NCBI GenBank assembly: GCA_020073005.1 | Contig: JAIQFX010000037.1 | Span: 18 to 64,017, forward strand | From: Terriglobia bacterium | Lineage (GTDB): Bacteria > Acidobacteriota > Vicinamibacteria > Vicinamibacterales > CAVVIG01 | Length of the DNA: 64,000 bases | Direction: 5' to 3' | Shown: piece after piece, positions 18,203-26,324 of the stretch | How positions within the stretch are numbered: position 1 is the stretch's first letter | Layout: every line of letters begins with the position of its first letter | Made by a program: the position numbers and the translations under genes | Notes under the pieces: model-generated | What the model saw: the letters and a program-made list of their open reading frames with translations, nothing else | The model's database searches: none | Told to the model about the DNA's origin: nothing

Positions 18203-20335
18203 GTGACCACCCATTCTGTGTCCCCCGCCAACTTCGTCACTGCCGTCCGCGCGGCGCTCGTCGCCGGAATCGCCGTCGCCCTCTTCCAGCCGCACGTCGA
18301 TACCATGGCCTGGGCCGTCGCGGCCGCCGCGATCCTCGTGACGGTGCTGGACGGCGTCGACGGCTGGATCGCGAGGCGCACGGGCACCGCGTCCGCGTTC
18401 GGCGCGCGCTTCGACATGGAAGTCGACAGCGCGCTGATCCTCGTCCTGTCGATCCTCGCGTGGCAGTACGACAAGGCCGGCGCGTGGGTGATCCTCTCCG
18501 GACTGCTCCGCTATCTGTTCGTCGCCGCCGGCTGGCAGTGGCCGTCGCTCCAGCAACCGCTCTTTCCCAGCCGCCGCCGTCAGACAATCTGCGTCGTCCA
18601 GGCTGTCGGGTTGATCATCACGGTCGCGCCCATCGTGACGCCGCCGCTGAGCGTCGCGATCGCGGCAGTCGTGCTGGCCGCGCTGTGCGCGTCGTTTGCG
18701 ATCGATGTGGTGTGGTTGTTCCGATCGGAGGGCCGCCTGAAGGCGGCCGCCACGACCGCGGGGCCCACGGCTGAGCAACGTTGGGCGACGCTGTCGGTTT
18801 CGATCGCGCTGCTGAACGTCTCGCTCGCCTTCGACAACCTCTGGCCGACGCCGGCAATCACGTGGCTCGGGTGCCTGTCCATCGAGCTCGCCGTCTGCAT
18901 CCTTATATTAAGGATGGGGCCCAGGGCCGCCGGCTGGCTGAGTTTCGTCTGGCTGCTGCTGGTTCTCGGCCGCTACGCCGACGTGACCGCGCCCGCGCTC
19001 TACGGGCGCGACATCAATCTGTACTGGGACCTGCGGTTCATCCCCGACGTCGCCGCGATGGTGACGCGCGTCGCGCCGACGTGGTTGATCCTGATCGCGT
19101 GCGCGGCGGCAGGCCTTGCGCTCCTGCTGATCTATCGACTGCTGCGAGCCGCGCTCACGCGTGTCGCCGGCGCGATGCGCCAGACGCACGAGCGGCGCGC
19201 GGTCGTTGCGCTCGCGCTCGCCATGATCGCGCTGTTCGCCATCAGGCCGACGCCGCCGACGCAGGACGACCCGCACCTGCTGACGTTCTCCGCACCCGTG
19301 ACCGCCGTCTACGCGCGGCAGGCGCGTCTCGTCTTCCAGGCCGTCACCGGATCGCGCGAGCTCGCGCCGAGCCCGCCGATGGACTCGGATCTCTCGCTCG
19401 TGAAGGGCGCCGACGTCTTTCTGATCTTCATCGAGTCGTACGGCGCCGTCAGCTGGGATCGGCCCGCGTTCGCCGCCTCGCTCGCGGATAGCCGGCGCCA
19501 GTTCAACTCAGCGATCCAGGCGACCGGCCGCGACGTCGTCTCCGCGTTCGTCGAGTCGCCGACCTTCGGCGGATCGTCGTGGCTCGCGCACCTCAGCCTG
19601 ATGTCCGGCGTCGAAGTGCGCGATCCGGAAACCAACGCGCTGCTGATGACGACGCCGCGCGACACGATCGTCGGCGCGTTCAAGCGCCGCGGCTTCCGCA
19701 CGGTCGCGCTCATGCCGGGGCTGAAGCAGAAATGGCCGGAAGGTGTCTTCTACAAGTTCGACGACATCTACAACGCGGATCGGCTGAAGTACCAGGGTCC
19801 GCAGTTCGGCTGGTTCGTGATCCCCGATCAGTTTTCGATCGCGAGCCTGGACGCCGCTGAAGTGATGCGGCCGTCGCGCGCGCCGCTCTTCGTCTTCTAT
19901 CCCACGATCAGCACGCACTTTCCGTTCAGCCCGACGCCGCCCTATCAACCCGACTGGCCGCGCGTGCTGACCGCGGATCCGTTCACCGACGCGCAGATCG
20001 TCGACGCGTACTCGACCGAGCCCGACTGGCTGGACTTCGGCCCGGGCTACGTCGCGGCGCTGACGTACGACTTCGCGTCGATTGGGGCGTATCTGCGCTG
20101 GCAGCCGAAACGTGACTTCGTGATGATCCTGCTCGGCGATCATCAGCCGCCGGCGGCCGTCAGCCGTGAAGGCGCGCCATGGGACGTGCCCGTGCACGTG
20201 ATCGCCAGCCGTCCGGCCGTGCTGGACGCGCTGATCGCGCGCGGGTTTCGCCGCGGTCTCGCGCCGGAGCGGCCGACGCTGAGCAAGATGCACGCGCTGC
20301 TGCCGATTCTGCTCGACGCGTTTGGATCGCGTTGA
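18203..20335 (+). CDS. CDP-alcohol phosphatidyltransferase domain fused to a polytopic membrane / sulfatase(LTA-synthase)-like domain
   Basis: 710 aa with a GTG start. LDGVDGWIARRTGTASAFGARFDMEVDSALI is the D-G-x2-A-R...D-x3-D CDP-alcohol motif. The C-terminal part has FLIFIESYGAVSW ... SSWLAHLSLMSG ... MILLGDHQPP, which is alkaline-phosphatase-superfamily-like. A REP-like element is in-frame at 18731. Confidence 0.7.
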   Translation: MTTHSVSPANFVTAVRAALVAGIAVALFQPHVDTMAWAVAAAAILVTVLDGVDGWIARRTGTASAFGARFDMEVDSALILVLSILAWQYDKAGAWVILSGLLRYLFVAAGWQWPSLQQPLFPSRRRQTICVVQAVGLIITVAPIVTPPLSVAIAAVVLAALCASFAIDVVWLFRSEGRLKAAATTAGPTAEQRWATLSVSIALLNVSLAFDNLWPTPAITWLGCLSIELAVCILILRMGPRAAGWLSFVWLLLVLGRYADVTAPALYGRDINLYWDLRFIPDVAAMVTRVAPTWLILIACAAAGLALLLIYRLLRAALTRVAGAMRQTHERRAVVALALAMIALFAIRPTPPTQDDPHLLTFSAPVTAVYARQARLVFQAVTGSRELAPSPPMDSDLSLVKGADVFLIFIESYGAVSWDRPAFAASLADSRRQFNSAIQATGRDVVSAFVESPTFGGSSWLAHLSLMSGVEVRDPETNALLMTTPRDTIVGAFKRRGFRTVALMPGLKQKWPEGVFYKFDDIYNADRLKYQGPQFGWFVIPDQFSIASLDAAEVMRPSRAPLFVFYPTISTHFPFSPTPPYQPDWPRVLTADPFTDAQIVDAYSTEPDWLDFGPGYVAALTYDFASIGAYLRWQPKRDFVMILLGDHQPPAAVSREGAPWDVPVHVIASRPAVLDALIARGFRRGLAPERPTLSKMHALLPILLDAFGSR
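18731..18756 (+). repeat. REP-like element translated in-frame between the two domains of the 710-aa protein
   Basis: ggccgcctgaaggcggccgccacgac is translated as ...RSEGRLKAAATTAG... Confidence 0.7.
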
Positions 20336-20617
20336 GTCCTTCCGCAGGGCGAGCCTTCCAGGCGTGACGCTCGGCTGAAAGCCTCGCGCGACAAGTCGAT
20401 CCGACCTCGGTAGGAGTACCGTCCGACCAAAGTCGGATCCATCGGACAGGAGTCTGGCCCGTGCGGTCAACCGGTTGTCCATGTCTGCCGCGCAAACGCC
20501 GCGTGACGTTTCCAACACAACGGCGTGCCGCCGATCACAGTGTGCAAGCGGCCGCGTCGCCGCAAGACGCGTCGACTAAGATGACGTGAACCTCCCGATC
20601 CGACGGCACGCGCACAC

Positions 20618-21997
<1,380 letters not shown>

Positions 21998-22006
21998 TCG
22001 TTCTCC

Positions 22007-22029
22007 CCAGCCACCAGCCACCAGCCACC
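22007..22029. repeat. three tandem copies of heptamer CCAGCCA (the same repeat family as 15924, opposite strand)
   Basis: ccagcca ccagcca ccagcca cc, 10 nt after the EBP stop codon. Confidence 0.7.
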
Positions 22030-22039
22030 GGGACTCTCT

Positions 22040-22092
22040 CGTCCCACCCGCGCAGTTTTCACCCGTCCACGTGGGACGCGGGCGTCCCACCC
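22040..22092. promoter_or_regulatory. candidate enhancer (UAS) for the sigma-54 activator
   Basis: cgtcccaccc occurs at 22040-22049 and again at 22083-22092. An inverted copy gtgggacg lies at 22071-22078. The sites are 70-120 nt upstream of the sigma-54 promoter, the usual EBP-site distance. Confidence 0.4.
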
Positions 22093-22159
22093 TCCGCTCG
22101 ACGCATCCAGCATTCGACGTTTTGGCGAATGTTTCCGCGCGGCCGCCCCGGCGCCGCGA

Positions 22160-22175
22160 TGGCGCGTGCGTTGCT
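22160..22175 (+). promoter_or_regulatory. sigma-54 (-24/-12) promoter
   Basis: TGGCGCG-TGCG-TTGCT against the consensus TGGCACG-N4-TTGCW. GG-N10-GC spacing is exact and there is one mismatch. It lies between the EBP gene and the first gene of the injection-system operon. Confidence 0.7.
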
Positions 22176-22189
22176 GAACCCGAGCCATC

Positions 22190-22492
22190 TTGCAAGAGGG
22201 GCAACGCGCCGATCCAGCGGTGATCAAAGAAGTCTTGCGCTATTTCATCCAGCACCCGCACGCCGCCGACGACCTCGAAGGCATCACTCGATGGCGTCTG
22301 GTCGAGCACCAGATCCGGCAGCGCGTCGAGGAAACGCGGCGCGCGCTCGCGTGGCTGGTCGATCGCCACTACCTGCAGCGCGACGTCCGCGGTGGGCCGG
22401 TGCCGATCTTCACGCTGAACCCCGACAAGGTCGATGCCGCCCGCGCGCTGCTCCGCAGCGACGAGCCGGCGCCGCGGGAACCGCAAGGATAA
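22190..22492 (+). CDS. small hypothetical protein, possibly winged-helix-like; first gene after the sigma-54 promoter
   Basis: Strong third-position G/C bias. The sequence is VIKEVLRYFIQHPHAADDLEGITRWRL...ALAWLVDRHYLQRDVRGGPVPIFTLNPDK. The start is ambiguous: a TTG at 22190 would be almost leaderless, and an in-frame GTG lies at 22220. I do not recognise a family. Confidence 0.55.
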   Translation: MQEGQRADPAVIKEVLRYFIQHPHAADDLEGITRWRLVEHQIRQRVEETRRALAWLVDRHYLQRDVRGGPVPIFTLNPDKVDAARALLRSDEPAPREPQG

Positions 22493-22495
22493 CGC

Positions 22496-23086
22496 GTGGC
22501 CAGTTATCAGTCCATTGCGGCGGTGGGCAAGAGCATCGAGCGCCTGTTGAACGCGGCGTTCGCCGAGGATCCCGTGCCCGTCGACAACAAGACGACGCGC
22601 GCGTACCTCGTGCGGAGCGAGGACTTCGATCGCACGTCGGCCGCCACGATCATCGTCCGGCCGGCGCTGTCGATCTTTCTCTACCGCGTCGACTTCAACA
22701 AGACGATGCGCGCGGCGTGGGCGGGCGTGACCGCCAACGACGGCCTGCCGCACCTGCCGCTCGATCTGCACTTCCTGCTGACGCCGTGGGGCGACAACGC
22801 CGAAGCGGAGAGCGCGATTCTCGGCCGCGCGATGCAGTGTCTCGACTCGGCGCCGATTCTGAGCGGCCCGCTGCTCCATCAGTCCGGCGAGTGGCAGCCA
22901 GGCGACGCGATTCAACTGCTGATGGACGAAATCAGCACGGAAGCGGTGATGCGGACGTTCGACTCGCTCGAAGCCGACTACCGCGTCAGCGTGCCGTACA
23001 TCGCGCGCGTGATCCGGCTCGACGGCCGCAAGGCCGCGCCGCCGCCCGACGTCACGACCGTCGTCGCCGGAGCGCGACCGCTGTGA
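22496..23086 (+). CDS. DUF4255 (Pvc16/Afp16 N-terminal-like) tail terminator/cap protein
   Basis: 196 aa with a GTG start and an aagga SD. SIAAVGKSIERLLNAAF ... LSIFLYRVDFN ... LPLDLHFLLTPWG ... AILGRAMQCLDSAPILSG ... SVPYIARVIRLD is a typical DUF4255 motif order. Confidence 0.8.
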   Translation: MASYQSIAAVGKSIERLLNAAFAEDPVPVDNKTTRAYLVRSEDFDRTSAATIIVRPALSIFLYRVDFNKTMRAAWAGVTANDGLPHLPLDLHFLLTPWGDNAEAESAILGRAMQCLDSAPILSGPLLHQSGEWQPGDAIQLLMDEISTEAVMRTFDSLEADYRVSVPYIARVIRLDGRKAAPPPDVTTVVAGARPL

Positions 23087-23093
23087 GCCCCCT

Positions 23094-23921
23094 GTGAGCG
23101 ACGTCAACACGTTTCTGTCGTCCGCGTTCACGGAGCAGATCAAGCGGCTGATCCTGGGCGTCGAGCCCGTCGACGCCATGCGGCGATCGCGGATCGCGCG
23201 TCCGATCGAGCTGACGCTCGACGGCGTGCCGTACCCGACGGGCACCGTGACGAAGGAAGAGTTCGACGGCACGACCGATCCGCTCGGCTACCTCTCGTCC
23301 ATTCCGAGACACAGCTCGTGCCGCCACGCGCTCGTGTATCCGCCCGATCACGCGTCGCCGATCGCGATCCGGCTCTACGACCGGACGCGGCGCTTCGTGC
23401 CGCGGCGCATCAGCTACGCGATCCCGGATGCGATCGAAACCCGCTCCTCAACGCGCGTGCGACGGCCGGCGCTCTATCCCGGCGCGGCGTACGACGTGAG
23501 CGTGACGGCGACGGGCATGCGGGGCCGCGTCACCTGGAATCAGTCGGACGACGACGAAGTGCCGGCGCGGTGGGTGCGCGTGGAGGCCGCGATCGACGGC
23601 CAGATCGTCGGGCGCGCGCACGGCGACGATCGCGGCGAGTTCCTGCTCGTGCTGCGGAACGAGGCCGGAGGGCTCGGCGATCTGCCGTCGCCGCTCGTCG
23701 CCGACGTCACGGTCTACGGACCGGCCGGGCCGCAGACAGTTCCGGACGACGATCCGCTGGGCGATCTGCCGCTCGAAATCGTGAGCGCGGATCCGGACGA
23801 GGTGTCGGATGGAGAAACGCCGCCGAGCGGGTACGCCGCGACGGCGCACAGCAGCCGGGCCGTGACGTTCGAGCTCGGCACGCTCTTGACCGGTCAGGAC
23901 AAATTTTTTTTCAACGCCTAG
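23094..23921 (+). CDS. hypothetical protein (possible beta-sandwich, carboxypeptidase-regulatory-like segment)
   Basis: 275 aa with good coding bias. MRGRVTWNQSDDDEVPARWVRVEAAIDGQIVGRAHGDDRGEFLLVL resembles prealbumin-like fold repeats. No family is assigned. Confidence 0.5.
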   Translation: MSDVNTFLSSAFTEQIKRLILGVEPVDAMRRSRIARPIELTLDGVPYPTGTVTKEEFDGTTDPLGYLSSIPRHSSCRHALVYPPDHASPIAIRLYDRTRRFVPRRISYAIPDAIETRSSTRVRRPALYPGAAYDVSVTATGMRGRVTWNQSDDDEVPARWVRVEAAIDGQIVGRAHGDDRGEFLLVLRNEAGGLGDLPSPLVADVTVYGPAGPQTVPDDDPLGDLPLEIVSADPDEVSDGETPPSGYAATAHSSRAVTFELGTLLTGQDKFFFNA

Positions 23922-23951
23922 CGCGGAAGACGACGACAAGGAGCGAACGAT

Positions 23952-25802
23952 ATGCCCGAATACCTTGCCCCGGGAGTGTACGTCGAAGAAGTCAGCTTCC
24001 GATCGAAGTCCATCGAAGGCGTGCCGACGAGCACGACGGGCTTCGCCGGCATGACGCGGTTCGGGCCCGTGCACTATCCGGACGGCCCCACGACCACCGA
24101 GCCGCGGCTGATCACGAGCTTCACGGAATTCGAGAGCGTGTACGGCGGCCTCGAGGCCCTGCACGCGCCGACCGAAGCCGACGAGCGGCTGAGCTACGTC
24201 GCCCACGCGGCGCGCGCGTTCTTCATGAACGGCGGCACGCGGCTCTACATCTCGCGCGTCTTCGCGCCGCGCGGCGTGGATCCGAACTTCGACTACGGCA
24301 TCGCGACGCTGCCGATCGCCGTCAGCGGCACGACGGCGACGTGGACCGCGCGGTGGCCGGGCGAGATGGGCAACGCGTGGATCAAGGTCGAGGTCGTCCG
24401 CAGCAAGAACGCCGCGTACCAGGCGTCGGAATTCGGCAACAAGGTGCAGGTCAACGGCGCCAAACTCGGATCGATCGTCGAGGTCATCACGGGCGGCACC
24501 GTGCCGGACGGGAACGATCCGCTGACGCTCGCCAATCTCGCGCAGATTTCGATCGACGCGACCGACGGCCATCAGATCTTCAACCGCGGCGGCGGGACGT
24601 TCCTGCCGAACTCGACCGACATCATTCAGAACCTCACGCTGAAAGTCACGGTCACGACCGATGACCAGCGCAACAAGGCGTACGACAGCCTCGAGACCAG
24701 CGACGACACGAAGCGCTACATCGGCAAGATCCTCCAGGCGAACAATCCCGAGGACGAGAACGCGGTCGTGTACCTCGACTGGGATGTGACCAAGGCCGTC
24801 GGCAACGACATCGACGCCAACCTGATGGTCGCGCTGCAGGCGAACTCGGGCAGCCGGCTGAGCGGCGGTCACGACGGCGTCGTCGCGAGCGCCGCCGATC
24901 TCGCGGGCGAGGACGCGGATCCGGACGATCCGCTGATCAAGGCGACGGGCCTCGCCGCGCTCGGCGAGATCGACGACATCGCGATCGTCGCGCTGCCGGA
25001 CGCGGGCGCGCTCGGCGATCTCGACGAGAGCCACACGGCAGTCGACTCGCTCATCACGCACGCCGAGACGCTGCGGTACCGCATCGCGGTCGTCGACGCG
25101 CCGCCCGGATCGTCGATGACGCAGATCCGGAACTTCCGCGGCCAGTTCGACAGCTCGTACGCCGCCCTCTATCACCCGTGGATCGAAATCCTCGATCCGA
25201 CGGAGCGTCCCGCACAGGGCGCGCCGCCGCAGCGGCTGGTGCTGCCGCCGAGCGGCTTCGTCACCGGCATCTACGCGCGCACGGACATCCGGCGCGGCGT
25301 CTTCAAGGCGCCGGCGAACGAGATCGTCCGGGGCCTGACGAAGTTCGAAGCCAACATCAACAAGCCGCGGCAGGACGTGCTGAACCCGGAAGGGATCAAC
25401 GCGCTGCGCTTCTTCGAGGGACGCGGCAACCGCGTCTGGGGCGCGCGGACGATGAGCTCCGATCCCGAGTGGAAGTACGTCAACGTCCGCCGGCTGTTCA
25501 TCTTCCTCGAGCACTCGATCGACAAGGGCACGCAGTGGGCCGTGTTCGAGCCGAACAACGAGCGGCTGTGGGCGAACATCCGCAGCACGATCGAGGACTT
25601 CCTGCTCGTGCAGTGGAAGTCGGGCGCGCTGCTCGGGTCCAAGCCCGAGGAGGCGTTCTTCGTCCGCTGCGATCGCACGACGATGACGCAGAACGATCTC
25701 GACAACGGGCGGCTCATCTGCCTGATCGGCGTCGCGCCGACGTATCCGGCCGAGTTCGTGATCTTCCGCATCGGCCAGTGGACGGCCGATTCGCAGAGCT
25801 AG
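23952..25802 (+). CDS. contractile tail sheath protein (copy 1)
   Basis: 616 aa. MPEYLAPGVYVEEVSFRSKSIEGVPTSTTGFAG is the canonical sheath N-terminus. The C-terminal NRVWGARTMSSDPEWKYVNVRRLFIFLEHSIDKGTQWAVFEPN is the sheath C-terminal domain. Confidence 0.9.
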   Translation: MPEYLAPGVYVEEVSFRSKSIEGVPTSTTGFAGMTRFGPVHYPDGPTTTEPRLITSFTEFESVYGGLEALHAPTEADERLSYVAHAARAFFMNGGTRLYISRVFAPRGVDPNFDYGIATLPIAVSGTTATWTARWPGEMGNAWIKVEVVRSKNAAYQASEFGNKVQVNGAKLGSIVEVITGGTVPDGNDPLTLANLAQISIDATDGHQIFNRGGGTFLPNSTDIIQNLTLKVTVTTDDQRNKAYDSLETSDDTKRYIGKILQANNPEDENAVVYLDWDVTKAVGNDIDANLMVALQANSGSRLSGGHDGVVASAADLAGEDADPDDPLIKATGLAALGEIDDIAIVALPDAGALGDLDESHTAVDSLITHAETLRYRIAVVDAPPGSSMTQIRNFRGQFDSSYAALYHPWIEILDPTERPAQGAPPQRLVLPPSGFVTGIYARTDIRRGVFKAPANEIVRGLTKFEANINKPRQDVLNPEGINALRFFEGRGNRVWGARTMSSDPEWKYVNVRRLFIFLEHSIDKGTQWAVFEPNNERLWANIRSTIEDFLLVQWKSGALLGSKPEEAFFVRCDRTTMTQNDLDNGRLICLIGVAPTYPAEFVIFRIGQWTADSQS

Positions 25803-25850
25803 GTGAGATGTAGGGCGAGCCTTTCAGGCGAGCCGTAATCGGAGGCAACG

Positions 25851-26312
25851 ATGGCAACTTTCCGGGACAACCCGTACGGCGCATTCAACTACCTCGTGGC
25901 CCTCGGCGGCGATCAGGGCGACGGCTCCGAGGGCACGATCGTCGGCGGCTTCTCAGACGTGTCTGGCCTCGGCTACGACGTGAGCTACTCGGATTACCGC
26001 AACGGGAACGAGCGCGTGAACACGATGCGGCACATCCCCAACACGTTCAAGAACGACGAAATCACGCTCAAGCGCGGCGTCGTCGGCTCCACCGATCTCT
26101 TCCAATGGCTGAAGGGCGTCGCGGACGGCAAGGCCGATCCGCGGACGGTCACGATCACGATGCTCGACGAGGCGCGCAGCCCCGTCGCCGTCTTCAAGGT
26201 CCGCCAGGCGCAGCCCAAGAAGTGGACGGGCCCGACGCTCGCCTCCAAGGGCGGCGGCGAAGTCGCGATGGAAGAGATCCACCTGGTGCACGAAGGCATC
26301 GAGTACCAGTAA
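25851..26312 (+). CDS. tail tube protein (T4 gp19-like / Afp1-5-like), copy 1
   Basis: 153 aa. NPYGAFNYLVALGG ... GGFSDVSGLGYDVSYSDYRNGNE ... ITLKRGVVGSTDLFQW ... EEIHLVHEGIEY. Confidence 0.85.
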   Translation: MATFRDNPYGAFNYLVALGGDQGDGSEGTIVGGFSDVSGLGYDVSYSDYRNGNERVNTMRHIPNTFKNDEITLKRGVVGSTDLFQWLKGVADGKADPRTVTITMLDEARSPVAVFKVRQAQPKKWTGPTLASKGGGEVAMEEIHLVHEGIEYQ

Positions 26313-26324
26313 GGAGCCGCCGCG

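Noticed and set aside
25803-25850. gggcgagcctttcaggcgagcc between sheath-1 and tube-1, considered as an intercistronic hairpin or attenuator.
   Set aside because: The two ggcgagcc arms are direct repeats, not inverted ones. Only about 3 bp can pair, so no stable stem is supported. It is probably a degenerate relative of the REP-like families seen at 20345 and 61430.
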